Assembly (NCBI GenBank): GCA_903903975.1
Contig: CAIVAS010000132.1
Location: 345 to 64,344 of the forward strand
Length of the DNA: 64,000 nt
DNA from: an uncultured Burkholderiales bacterium
GTDB taxonomy: Bacteria; Pseudomonadota; Gammaproteobacteria; Burkholderiales; Burkholderiaceae_E
Reading direction: 5' to 3'
The position numbers and the translations under genes were made by a program. The notes below the pieces were generated by a model that saw nothing but the letters and a program-made list of their open reading frames with translations, was not told where the DNA came from and did not search any database. Of this stretch, positions 13,086 to 22,036 are shown one piece after another. The first letter of the stretch is position 1. Each line of letters starts with the position of its first letter.

Positions 13086-13155
13086 TAAACCGACGTCGCG
13101 GCGATTCAGCTGTGACGTCAGCCGCGAAGCCAACTGCGTCGTCAGCCCAACCCGC

Positions 13156-14022
13156 TCAGGGCAAAAATTTTTCGATGGTCTCGGCGAGCCGCTCGGGCTG
13201 GTCATGATGAATATTGTGGCCGGCCTGCGCGATATGCTCGATGCGTAATCCCCGATAAGCACGCGAGCGCCGCTCGAATTCATCGGGCATCGAGGCCAGA
13301 CGCGCCATCAGACCCGACTCCTCTCCGTCGATCCAGAGCACCTGCGCCTCGGTCTGCTGCCAGCAGGCGATCGCATCGTCGGCCGGCAGCGGCATCGGAC
13401 TATTGCGCTTGTGGGCCGGATCGGCGCGACGCGCAACGCTGCCGTCCTCGAGCGCGACACCCCAGTGCTGCACCAGAAAGCGCGCGCGCTCATCGGTGAG
13501 CCGGGGGTTTTCGGACTGCATGCGCAAGGCAAATTCGTCGAAGTCGAGATAGGGCCGCTGGCTGGTGTCGTGGTGCAGTTGTGCGAGCCACTTGGTGAAG
13601 CGCCGCGGCGGCGGATCCTGGCGCGCAACCGGCGGACCGAATCCATCGACATTGATGAAATGACTGACGCGATCGGGCCGCACACCGGCGTAGGTGGCGG
13701 TGACATGCGCGCCCATGCTGTGGGCCACGATCCGAACCGGACGCTGCGGGCTGTAATGCTCGAGCAGGAACTCCAGGTCGCCAAGATAATCGCCGAACCA
13801 GTAGCTGTCGGATCCGCTCCACTGGGTCAGGCCATACCCGCGCCAGTCGGGGGCGACCACGAACCAATCGCGACGCAGGGCATCGACCGTGAACTGCCAC
13901 GAGGCCGAGACATCCTGGAAGCCATGCAGCATGACCAGCAGGGGCGATTTGCGATCTCCCCAGGTGCGGCAGTGATACTTCAGGCCGCGCACTTCGAGAA
14001 ACTCGGATTGACTCGCTTTCAT
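13156..14022 (-). CDS. alpha/beta-fold hydrolase
   Basis: LLVMLHGFQD oxyanion region, nucleophile elbow AHSMGA, C-terminal AGHNIHHDQPE (catalytic His region). Confidence 0.75.
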   Translation of the reverse strand: MKASQSEFLEVRGLKYHCRTWGDRKSPLLVMLHGFQDVSASWQFTVDALRRDWFVVAPDWRGYGLTQWSGSDSYWFGDYLGDLEFLLEHYSPQRPVRIVAHSMGAHVTATYAGVRPDRVSHFINVDGFGPPVARQDPPPRRFTKWLAQLHHDTSQRPYLDFDEFALRMQSENPRLTDERARFLVQHWGVALEDGSVARRADPAHKRNSPMPLPADDAIACWQQTEAQVLWIDGEESGLMARLASMPDEFERRSRAYRGLRIEHIAQAGHNIHHDQPERLAETIEKFLP

Positions 14023-14050
14023 CGGATTCTCCTCTTGCTTTTTATTGTCT

Positions 14051-14434
14051 TTATCGCATCAGCCGCCAGCCCAGGATGGTCGCCAGCAAGGCGCCAAGCA
14101 GATGGGTCCAGGTGTGCAACACCGCATGACCATAGGCGCCGCGCTGAAGCATCTGCAGCGACTCGGCAGAAAATGTCGAGAAGGTGGTGAGCGCTCCCAG
14201 AAAGCCGGTGATCAGAAACGGGCGCCAGGCATCCGCCAGGTCGGGACGGCGATCGAAGACCGCCAGCGCCATGCCGATGACCAGCCCCCCGACGACATTG
14301 ACCAGCAGCGTGCCCCAGGGCATGAGATGACCGGGACGATTGAACAGCAGACCGAGTTGCCAGCGCGACCAGGCGCCCAGCACCGCACCGGCGGCAATCG
14401 ACAACCAGACCATCGGACCCATTGCCTGATTCAC
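14051..14434 (-). CDS. crcB: fluoride ion channel CrcB/FluC
   Basis: Four-TM small protein with GTLLVNVVGGLVIG and GFLGALTTFSTFSAE motifs. Start is GTG 14434 (GTGA overlap with the moaE stop) or ATG 14422/14413. Confidence 0.85.
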   Translation of the reverse strand: MNQAMGPMVWLSIAAGAVLGAWSRWQLGLLFNRPGHLMPWGTLLVNVVGGLVIGMALAVFDRRPDLADAWRPFLITGFLGALTTFSTFSAESLQMLQRGAYGHAVLHTWTHLLGALLATILGWRLMR

Positions 14435-14889
14435 TCGGGGCGCCCCCAGCGTGCCGCGGCCGCATCATCGGACTCACGGGCGTCGACCCATCGTTCACCC
14501 TGAGGCGTGGCTTCCTTCTTCCAGAACGGCGCACGGGTCTTGAGCCAATCCATCACGAACTCGCAGGCCTCGAAGGCCTCGCCGCGATGGGCCGAGGTCA
14601 CCGCCACCAGAACGATCTGATCGAGCGGCTGCAGCGGTCCGACCCGATGGATCACCAGCACCTCGTCAAGCTGCCAGCGCGAGGTCGCCTGCGCCACGAT
14701 GTCTTCGAGCGACTTGTCGGTCATGCCCGGATAGTGCTCGAGCGTGAGCGAGGACACGCCGGTGCCCTGGTTGATGTCGCGCACCGTGCCGACAAAACTC
14801 ACCACCGCCCCGACACCGGCCCGACCCGCGCGCAGCGCCGCGATCTCGGTCGTCAGATCGAAGTCTTCGGTCTGGATGCGAACAGGCAT
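14431..14889 (-). CDS. moaE: molybdopterin synthase catalytic subunit MoaE
   Basis: GAVVSFVGTVRD...LEHYPGMT...AHRGEAFEACEFVMDWLKTRAPFWKKE. Confidence 0.9.
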   Translation of the reverse strand: MPVRIQTEDFDLTTEIAALRAGRAGVGAVVSFVGTVRDINQGTGVSSLTLEHYPGMTDKSLEDIVAQATSRWQLDEVLVIHRVGPLQPLDQIVLVAVTSAHRGEAFEACEFVMDWLKTRAPFWKKEATPQGERWVDARESDDAAAARWGRPE

Positions 14890-14908
14890 GGCGTGCGGGG
14901 ATGGCCGT

Positions 14909-15166
14909 TCAGCCGCCGGTCACCGGCGGAAAGAAAGCGACTTCAGCGCCCTCGTGCAGCCGCGTTGCAGGCAAGGCCACCGATTGGTCGATAGCCACCC
15001 GCACCGCAGCGCCCTCGGCCAGGGCCTTGGCCCAGACGCCACCGCGAGCGCAAAGATGCAATCGCAGGTCCGCTGCGGTCACGACTGATTCCGGCAGATC
15101 GAGCGCCTCGCGCCCCAGGCCCAGTGTTTCGCGCAGGCTCGCAAAATAGAGGACGACCACCTTCAC
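14909..15166 (-). CDS. moaD: molybdopterin synthase sulfur-carrier subunit MoaD
   Basis: 85 aa, ubiquitin-like, ends in FFPPVTGG (C-terminal Gly-Gly). Overlaps the moeA stop. Confidence 0.85.
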   Translation of the reverse strand: MKVVVLYFASLRETLGLGREALDLPESVVTAADLRLHLCARGGVWAKALAEGAAVRVAIDQSVALPATRLHEGAEVAFFPPVTGG

Positions 15167-16392
15167 AGCAGTCGCTCCATTGGCAGAAAGTTGACAAGAT
15201 CACCCCGCCGAATCGCCTGCAGCGGCGGATTGTCGATCAGGCCATCGGCCCAGACCGTCGAGGTCAGCACGCCCGAGCCCTGATTCGCAAAGAGATCGAG
15301 TCCACCGCTCTCATTGAAACGAGCCCGCAGAAATTCGCGGCGGCGATCGGGTTTGGGCCAGTCGAAGTCGGCACGAATCGGGATCGGTTTGGGCAGGCTG
15401 TCGGCCGCACCTTGCAGTCGCAGGATGAATGGCCTGACGAACAGCAAAAAGGTCACGAAACTCGAGACCGGGTTGCCGGGCAAGCCGATGAAATGGGCCG
15501 ATCCGCCGCCGGCGCGCCGCACCGCGCCCCAGGCCAGCGGCTTGCCGGGTTTGATCGCAATCTGCCAGGTGCGCAGCAACCCTTCGGCCTCGAGCGCCGG
15601 CCGGACATGATCTTCCTCGCCGACCGACATGCCACCCGAGGTGACGATCAGATCGCAGCCGCGGGCCGCCTCGCGCAATGCGCTGCGGGTGGCATCGAGC
15701 GAATCGGGCACGATCCCGAGATCGGTCACCTCGCAGCCAAGCCTGCGCAGCAGCGCCACCAGCACGAATCGGTTGGAGTTGTAGATTGCGCCCGGCGCAA
15801 GCGCCTCGCCCGGCATGGCCAGTTCGTTACCGGTGAAAAAACAGGCCACCCGCAACCTCGGTCGCACCGGCAGCTTTGCCAGACCGACAGACGCGGCCAG
15901 ACCGAGCGCCTGCGGCGTGAGCCGAGCGCCGGCGGTGAGCACGACGCTGTCGCGGCGAATATCTTCGCCTGCGCGGCGGATCCAGTCGCCCGCCATCGGC
16001 AGCGTGTCGAATCGGACGGTCTCGCCCTCGAGCACCGCCTGCTCCTGCATGATCACCGCGTCAGCCCCGGGCGGCACCATGGCGCCGGTAAAAATCCGCG
16101 CCGTCGACCCCGCCGCAAGCGGCGCCGCCACATCACCCGCAGCGATTCGCTGGGAGACCGCCAGTGCTTTTCCTGCGATGAGGTCGGCTACACGCACCGC
16201 GTAGCCATCCATCTGCGAGTTGTCCATCGGCGGGACATCAAGGGTCGAGACCTGGTCCCGAGCAAGAACCCGATCGAGGGCTTCGGAGGTCGGCAAGTGC
16301 TCAAGCCCGCCATCGGCGAGCGGCAACGGCTGGGCCAGCTCGAGGAGCTGGCGCCTCGCCTCATCAAAGTCGAGCAATGCTGGACGGTTCAT
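15163..16392 (-). CDS. moeA: molybdopterin molybdotransferase MoeA
   Basis: 409 aa, PPMDNSQMDGYAVR...IVTSGGMSVGEEDHV...IAIKPGKPL...GLPGNPVSS. Confidence 0.9.
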   Translation of the reverse strand: MNRPALLDFDEARRQLLELAQPLPLADGGLEHLPTSEALDRVLARDQVSTLDVPPMDNSQMDGYAVRVADLIAGKALAVSQRIAAGDVAAPLAAGSTARIFTGAMVPPGADAVIMQEQAVLEGETVRFDTLPMAGDWIRRAGEDIRRDSVVLTAGARLTPQALGLAASVGLAKLPVRPRLRVACFFTGNELAMPGEALAPGAIYNSNRFVLVALLRRLGCEVTDLGIVPDSLDATRSALREAARGCDLIVTSGGMSVGEEDHVRPALEAEGLLRTWQIAIKPGKPLAWGAVRRAGGGSAHFIGLPGNPVSSFVTFLLFVRPFILRLQGAADSLPKPIPIRADFDWPKPDRRREFLRARFNESGGLDLFANQGSGVLTSTVWADGLIDNPPLQAIRRGDLVNFLPMERLL

Positions 16393-16904
16393 GGCGAAAG
16401 GGGATGCTGGCTTTGCGCAGTGGCCTGACCGATCACGAAGGCCGTGATCGCATCATAGTCGCTGAGACTGAACTGGGGCAGTGCGGTATCCATCGGCACA
16501 TCGCTCGCCAGCGCGACGATGTCCGGGTCATGCGGCGACAGGAGTGGCTTGCCGAGCCCCGGCCGATGCACTTCGAGCTTGGGAATGCGGGCCTGCTTGT
16601 AGCCCTCGACCAGCACCAGATCGCAGGGCGACAAGTGCTGCATGAGTGTCTGCAGGTCGGGCTCGGGCTCGCCGCGCAATTCATGCATGAGGGCCCATCG
16701 CTGATCGGAGGCGATCAGTACCTCGCTGGCACCGGCTTCACGGTGACGCCAGGAGTCCTTGCCGGGCTTGTCGATATCAAAACGATGATGGGCATGCTTG
16801 ATCAGCGACACCCTCAGACCTGCTGCCACCAGCCGCGGAATCAGACACTCGATCAGCGTGGTCTTGCCCGCGCCCGAGAAACCGGCGAACCCGAAGGCGC
16901 GCAT
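16389..16904 (-). CDS. mobB: molybdopterin-guanine dinucleotide biosynthesis adaptor MobB
   Basis: GFSGAGKTTLIE Walker A, LIKHAHHRFDIDKPGKDS, LVLVEGYK. Confidence 0.85.
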   Translation of the reverse strand: MRAFGFAGFSGAGKTTLIECLIPRLVAAGLRVSLIKHAHHRFDIDKPGKDSWRHREAGASEVLIASDQRWALMHELRGEPEPDLQTLMQHLSPCDLVLVEGYKQARIPKLEVHRPGLGKPLLSPHDPDIVALASDVPMDTALPQFSLSDYDAITAFVIGQATAQSQHPLSP

Positions 16905-16907
16905 TGC

Positions 16908-18317
16908 TCAGGTCACGCGGGCCGCGATGTACTGCTTGAGCATGGCGACATCGGCAGGCATGCGCGTAAAGCGCTGAGCGAGCTCCTCGATGCCGTCGTA
17001 GGCCGCAGGACGCCTGGGACCATGACCGAGCGCCTCGACGATGATCTGCGCAAACTTGGCCGGCAAGGCAGTCTCGAGGCAGATCATCGGTACACCGGGC
17101 TCACGCCAGGCATCGGCCACCGCCAGGCCGTCGGCGGTATGCGGATCGACCACCTCGCCATAGCGGCGCTCGACCTCGCGGATCGTGTGAAGGCGACGCG
17201 CATGGCTGCTGGCACCCGAGACAAAACCGAAGTCGGCGATGCGGGCGAATTCGCCACTCGCGGCGAGATCGAAAGCACCGTGCTGGTCGACCTCGCGCCA
17301 GAGTGCGGCCACGCGCGCGCCGTCGCGATCGACCAGATCCCACACAAAGCGCTCGAAGTTGGAGGCCTTGGAGATGTCCATCGACGGGCTGCTGGTCTGG
17401 AAGGTGTCGGCGGTGCGTCGCGGGCGATAGATGCCGGTCCGAAAAAATTCGTCGAGCACATCGTTTTCGTTGGTCGCCACCACCAGACGCCTGATCGGCA
17501 GACCCATGCGGCGGGCAATATGGCCGGCAAGGACATTGCCGAAATTGCCGCTTGGCACGGTGAACGACACTTCCTGCGGTGCGCCGCGGGTCACGGCAAA
17601 CCAGGCTTTGAAGTAATAGACCACCTGGGCAATGATCCGGCCCCAGTTGATCGAATTGACCGTTCCGATGGCATGGCGCGCCTTGAACGGCAGATCGTTG
17701 GAGACCGCCTTGACCATGTCCTGGCAATCGTCGAAGACGCCGTCGACCGCGATGTTGAAAATATTGTCGTCGCGCAGCGAAAACATCTGCGCGGTCTGGA
17801 AGGGGCTCATTCGCCCATCCGGCGAGAGCATGAACACGCGAATGCCCTTGCGCCCGCGCATGGCGTATTCGGCCGCGCTGCCGGTGTCACCCGAGGTGGC
17901 TCCGAGGATATTGAGCGAACGCCCGTCACGCGCCAGCACATACTCGAAGAGATTGCCGAGCAACTGCATCGCCACATCCTTGAAGGCCAGGGTCGGCCCA
18001 TTGGACAGGCGCAGCAGATGCAGATCGGGTTCGAGGGTTCGCAGCGGCACGATTTCGGCTGAACCGAAAACCTGCGGGGTATAGGTACGACGCACCAGCT
18101 CGTGCAGATCAGCGTCGGGAATATCGTCGCAGTAAAGGCGCAGCAGGACGAAGGCCAGATCGGAATAGGGCAGTGCCCGCCAGCGCTCGAGCGTGGCGGC
18201 ATCGATCAGCGGATAACGCTCGGGCACCACCAGGCCACCGTCGGGCGCGAGCCCACCCAGCAGGATCTCGCTGAAACGTTGGGGCGGCATGTCGCCGCGA
18301 GTCGAGAAATAACGCAT
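16908..18317 (-). CDS. thrC: threonine synthase
   Basis: MRYFSTRG..., PTLAFKDVAMQLLGNLF (PLP lysine), ILGATSGDTGSAA. 469 aa. Confidence 0.95.
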   Translation of the reverse strand: MRYFSTRGDMPPQRFSEILLGGLAPDGGLVVPERYPLIDAATLERWRALPYSDLAFVLLRLYCDDIPDADLHELVRRTYTPQVFGSAEIVPLRTLEPDLHLLRLSNGPTLAFKDVAMQLLGNLFEYVLARDGRSLNILGATSGDTGSAAEYAMRGRKGIRVFMLSPDGRMSPFQTAQMFSLRDDNIFNIAVDGVFDDCQDMVKAVSNDLPFKARHAIGTVNSINWGRIIAQVVYYFKAWFAVTRGAPQEVSFTVPSGNFGNVLAGHIARRMGLPIRRLVVATNENDVLDEFFRTGIYRPRRTADTFQTSSPSMDISKASNFERFVWDLVDRDGARVAALWREVDQHGAFDLAASGEFARIADFGFVSGASSHARRLHTIREVERRYGEVVDPHTADGLAVADAWREPGVPMICLETALPAKFAQIIVEALGHGPRRPAAYDGIEELAQRFTRMPADVAMLKQYIAARVT

Positions 18318-18333
18318 CAGTGCGGTCGCGGCT

Positions 18334-19707
18334 TCAGTTCAAGTCTTCGAGGCGGATCCGGGTCGCCTTGGACACCACCGTCGGCAAAGCCTCAATGCGG
18401 GCGATGGCCTGGTCGCATTGCTTCTCGATGGTCACATGCGTCAGCAGGATGATGTCGGTCTGGTGCTCGCCCTCGGCCGGCTCGCGCTGCAGCACTGCGT
18501 CGATCGAGATCTGCGCATCGGCCAGGATGCGGGTGATATCGGCCAGCACGCCCGGCTCGTCGGCCACCCGCAGCCGCAGGTAGTAGGCGCTCTCGACTTC
18601 GCTGATCGGCAGGATGGGCAGATCGGCCATCGCGTCGGCCTGGAAGGCCAGGTGGGGCACGCGATTGCCGGGATCGACGGTGAGTGTGCGAGCCACATCG
18701 ACCAGATCGGCGATGACTGCACTGGCGGTCGGCTCGGCACCGGCGCCTTTGCCGTAATACATGGTGTGCCCCACCGCATCGCCCTTGACCCAGACCGCGT
18801 TCATCGCGCCTTCAACATTGGCGATCAGGCGGCGCGACGGGATCAGCGTGGGATGCACGCGCAGCTCGATGCCATGCTCGCGCCGGCGGGTGATGCCCAG
18901 CAGCTTGATGCGATAGCCGAGCTGTTCGGCATAGCGGATGTCAGTGGCCTGCAGCGAGGAGATACCCTCGACATGGGCACGCTCGAACTGCACCGGGATG
19001 CCGAAGGCAATCGCCGACATGATGGTGACCTTGTGCGCCGCATCGACGCCTTCGATATCGAAGGTCGGATCGGCCTCGGCATAGCCGAGCTGCTGCGCTT
19101 CTTTCAGGACATCTCCGAAGGACGAGCCCTTGTCGCGCATCTCGGACAGGATGAAATTGGTGGTGCCGTTGATGATCCCGGCGATCCAGTCGATGCGATT
19201 GGCGGTCAGCCCTTCGCGCAGCGCCTTGATGATCGGAATGCCGCCTGCGACCGCCGCCTCGAAGGCAACCATGACGCCCTTGTCGCGCGCAGCCGCAAAG
19301 ATCTCGTTGCCATGGACTGCCAGCAGCGCCTTGTTGGCGGTCACCACATGTTTGCCGTGAGCAATCGCCTCAAGGACCAGCTTCAGCGCAATGCCGTAGC
19401 CGCCGATCAGTTCGACCACCACATCGATCGACGGATCGCGAACCACCGAGAAGGCATCATCGCTGACCCTGACCGACGCGCCCGCATGCTCGGCAACCAG
19501 GCTGCGTGCCCTCGCGATGTCGAGGTCGGCCACTGCGGCAATCTCGATGCCGCGCCCGGCGCGCCGGGTAATTTCATGCTGATTGCGCGCCAGTACATTG
19601 AAAGTGCCGGCACCAACTGTGCCGATGCCCAGAAGCCCCACCCGCACCGGACCCAGTCTGGATGCGCCGGAAGACCTTGCCTCGCCTGAAGAAACCGTCA
19701 TCACCAT
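18334..19707 (-). CDS. hom: homoserine dehydrogenase
   Basis: VGLLGIGTVGAGT Rossmann motif, GIINGTTNFILS, C-terminal ACT domain. The exact start among the N-terminal Met/Val codons is unresolved. Confidence 0.93.
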   Translation of the reverse strand: MVMTVSSGEARSSGASRLGPVRVGLLGIGTVGAGTFNVLARNQHEITRRAGRGIEIAAVADLDIARARSLVAEHAGASVRVSDDAFSVVRDPSIDVVVELIGGYGIALKLVLEAIAHGKHVVTANKALLAVHGNEIFAAARDKGVMVAFEAAVAGGIPIIKALREGLTANRIDWIAGIINGTTNFILSEMRDKGSSFGDVLKEAQQLGYAEADPTFDIEGVDAAHKVTIMSAIAFGIPVQFERAHVEGISSLQATDIRYAEQLGYRIKLLGITRRREHGIELRVHPTLIPSRRLIANVEGAMNAVWVKGDAVGHTMYYGKGAGAEPTASAVIADLVDVARTLTVDPGNRVPHLAFQADAMADLPILPISEVESAYYLRLRVADEPGVLADITRILADAQISIDAVLQREPAEGEHQTDIILLTHVTIEKQCDQAIARIEALPTVVSKATRIRLEDLN

Positions 19708-19710
19708 CCC

Positions 19711-20919
19711 TCAGGCCGCAGCCTTGGGCATCAGGCCGTCCTTGCGGAACATCTCCTTGATGCCGCGCACCGCCTGGCGGATACGCTGCTCATTTTCAAT
19801 CAGTGCAAAACGCACATGGTCGTCACCGTAATCACCGAAACCGATGCCGGGTGATACCGCCACCTTGGCATCGGCCAGCATCCGCTTGGCAAATTCGAGC
19901 GAACCGGCAGCCCGATAAGGCTCGGGGATCTCGGCCCAGATATACATCGAGGCCTTCGGAATCTCGACATTCCAGCCGGCCTCGAGCAGACCCTTCGCCA
20001 GCACATCGCGACGGCTCTGATAGGTCTGGCGGATCTCCTCGACGCAGTCCTGCGGCCCATCGAGCGCAGCAATCGAGGCGACCTGGATCGGCGTGAAGGT
20101 GCCGTAGTCGTGATAGCTCTTGATGCGCGCCAGCGCATGGACCAGATGCTTGTTGCCGACCATGAAGCCGATACGCCAACCGGCCATGTTGTAGCTCTTG
20201 CTCATGGTGAAGAACTCGACCGCCACATCGCGGGCACCCGGCACCTGCATGATCGAGGGCGCCTTATAGCCATCGAAGGTGATGTCGGCATAGGCCAGGT
20301 CGTGGACCACCAGGATGTCGTGCTGGCGGGCCAGTGCGACCACCCGCTCGAAAAAGTCGAGATCAACGCACTGCGCAGTGGGGTTGCTCGGAAAGCCCAG
20401 GATCATCATCTTGGGCTTGGGGAAGGACTCGCGAATCGCGCGCTCGAGCTCATCGAAGAAGTCGATGCCCGGCGTCATGCGCACCGATCGGATATCGGCA
20501 CCGGCAATGACGGCGCCGTAGATATGGATCGGATAGCTCGGATTGGGCACCAGTACGGTATCGCCACGATCGAGGGTGGCGAGCATCAGGTGCGCCAGGC
20601 CTTCTTTGGAGCCGATGGTGACAATCGCTTCAGAGTCGGGATCGAGGTCGACCGCGTAGCGGCGCTGGTACCAGTCGGTGATCGCGCGCCGAAGACGCGG
20701 GATGCCCTTGGAGACCGAATAGCCATGGGTGTCGAGGCGGGTCGAAGCTTCAACCAGCTTGTCGACGATATGCTGTGGCGTGGGACCGTCGGGGTTGCCC
20801 ATGCTCATATCGATGATGTCTTCGCCGCGACGTCTTGCGGCCATCTTGAGCTCGGCCGTGATATTGAAGACGTAGGGAGGAAGCCGACGGATGCGGGAAA
20901 AGTCGCGCTCTGCACTCAT
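19711..20919 (-). CDS. class I/II PLP aminotransferase (AlaC/alanine-aminotransferase-like)
   Basis: ORF-track start 21246 trimmed to ATG 20919 ([25 protein letters not shown]...). PLP-lysine region [17 protein letters not shown]. Confidence 0.85.
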   Translation of the reverse strand: MSAERDFSRIRRLPPYVFNITAELKMAARRRGEDIIDMSMGNPDGPTPQHIVDKLVEASTRLDTHGYSVSKGIPRLRRAITDWYQRRYAVDLDPDSEAIVTIGSKEGLAHLMLATLDRGDTVLVPNPSYPIHIYGAVIAGADIRSVRMTPGIDFFDELERAIRESFPKPKMMILGFPSNPTAQCVDLDFFERVVALARQHDILVVHDLAYADITFDGYKAPSIMQVPGARDVAVEFFTMSKSYNMAGWRIGFMVGNKHLVHALARIKSYHDYGTFTPIQVASIAALDGPQDCVEEIRQTYQSRRDVLAKGLLEAGWNVEIPKASMYIWAEIPEPYRAAGSLEFAKRMLADAKVAVSPGIGFGDYGDDHVRFALIENEQRIRQAVRGIKEMFRKDGLMPKAAA

Positions 20920-21006
20920 GGGGAATCCTGCTCGAGCGCTGGCTGCCAGGGCGGCTGCACTGCTCGTGAATAAACCGCTAATGTAGCGTATTTGCCGAAT
21001 CAGAAA

Positions 21007-21378
21007 ATGAAACTGCACCCCAATCGACCATCGGTCCTCAACACCATCACGGCCTATGGCCCCGGCTTCATCGAAGTCAACGCGCAGCGCTTCGAGCACG
21101 CACTGCTGCTGATGCCAGAGCAGCCAATCGCGGCCTGGGCGCCAGTACGCTTCGAGGATCTTGTGGCGTCGCATTTCGATGCCGTGCTCGCCGCCGAGCC
21201 GGAAGTCGTGCTGCTGGGCACCGGCGCACGACAGCGATTTGCCCATCCAAGACTGACTGCAGCGCTGATCGCCAGACGGATCGGCGTCGAATCAATGGAT
21301 ACCGGGGCAGCCTGTCGCACCTACAACATTCTCATGACAGAAGGTCGCAAGGTACTGGCGGCCCTGCTGCCGGTTTGA
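21007..21378 (+). CDS. Mth938-like (DUF498/NDUFAF3-like) domain protein
   Basis: [25 protein letters not shown]...[12 protein letters not shown]...[18 protein letters not shown] 21007 preferred to TTG 20992. Confidence 0.6.
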   Translation: MKLHPNRPSVLNTITAYGPGFIEVNAQRFEHALLLMPEQPIAAWAPVRFEDLVASHFDAVLAAEPEVVLLGTGARQRFAHPRLTAALIARRIGVESMDTGAACRTYNILMTEGRKVLAALLPV

Positions 21379-21434
21379 CACCGGCAATCGACTCGACCAG
21401 TGCGATCAGGCCAGCTGCGATCTGTCCTCCGTGC

Positions 21435-21470
21435 GGGGCTCGCTCAGGGGCTCACTCAGGGGCTCGATCG
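21435..21470. repeat. 12-bp tandem repeat x3
   Basis: GGGGCTCGCTCA / GGGGCTCACTCA / GGGGCTCGATCG, upstream of bcp. Confidence 0.8.
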
Positions 21471-21524
21471 GCGGTCAATGGCCTGTGCTATCGTCAATCG
21501 ATCCATCTGCAAAAGGCGAACAAC

Positions 21525-21986
21525 GTGTCGGTCACCCTTGGCAAAACAGTGGGCGATTTCAATGCTGCAGCCACTGGCCAGCAATTCAGTCTCGCATCGC
21601 AGGCCGGCAAGGTCGTGGTGCTCTACTTCTATCCGAAAGACAACACGCCGGGCTGCACGACCGAAGGCGCCGACTTTCGGGATGCGATTGCCGGCTTCAC
21701 GCGGGCCAACAGCCTGGTGTTCGGCGTCTCCAGAGACAGCCTGAAATCGCATGAAAACTTCAAGGCCAAGATGGCTTTTCCTTTCGAGCTGATTGCCGAC
21801 CCTGATGAAGCGGTCTGCGAGCAGTTCGGCGTGATGAAGATGAAAAATATGTACGGCAAACAGGTTCGCGGCATCGAGCGATCGACCTTCGTGATCGGTG
21901 CCGATGGCACGCTGCTGCGCGAATGGCGTGGCGTGAAGGTTCCCGGCCATGTGGCCGAGGTCCTGAGTTTCGTCGAATCACTCTGA
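21525..21986 (+). CDS. bcp: thiol peroxidase Bcp (peroxiredoxin)
   Basis: VVLYFYPKDNTPGCTTEG active site. GTG 21525 is the likely start. The longer TTG 21375 version would add 50 non-conserved-looking residues. Confidence 0.85.
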   Translation: MSVTLGKTVGDFNAAATGQQFSLASQAGKVVVLYFYPKDNTPGCTTEGADFRDAIAGFTRANSLVFGVSRDSLKSHENFKAKMAFPFELIADPDEAVCEQFGVMKMKNMYGKQVRGIERSTFVIGADGTLLREWRGVKVPGHVAEVLSFVESL

Positions 21987-22036
21987 ACCCGTCTGAACCT
22001 GCCGCAAGTCGATCCCGATAAGGCCCAAATCACAAC

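Noticed and set aside
14431-14560. Fluoride riboswitch upstream of crcB
   Set aside because: The whole upstream region is moaE coding sequence. I could not see the conserved crcB-motif core.
16377-19689. 561-aa and 423-aa plus-strand ORFs opposite thrC and hom
   Set aside because: Same shadow-ORF artefact. The minus-strand products carry complete ThrC and Hom motifs.
21375-21524. Bcp starting at TTG 21375 (TTGA overlap with the Mth938-like gene), giving a 50-aa N-terminal extension
   Set aside because: The extension is repetitive, being encoded by the 12-bp tandem repeat, and unlike peroxiredoxin N-termini. GTG 21525 gives a canonical-length Bcp. This is kept only as an alternative.
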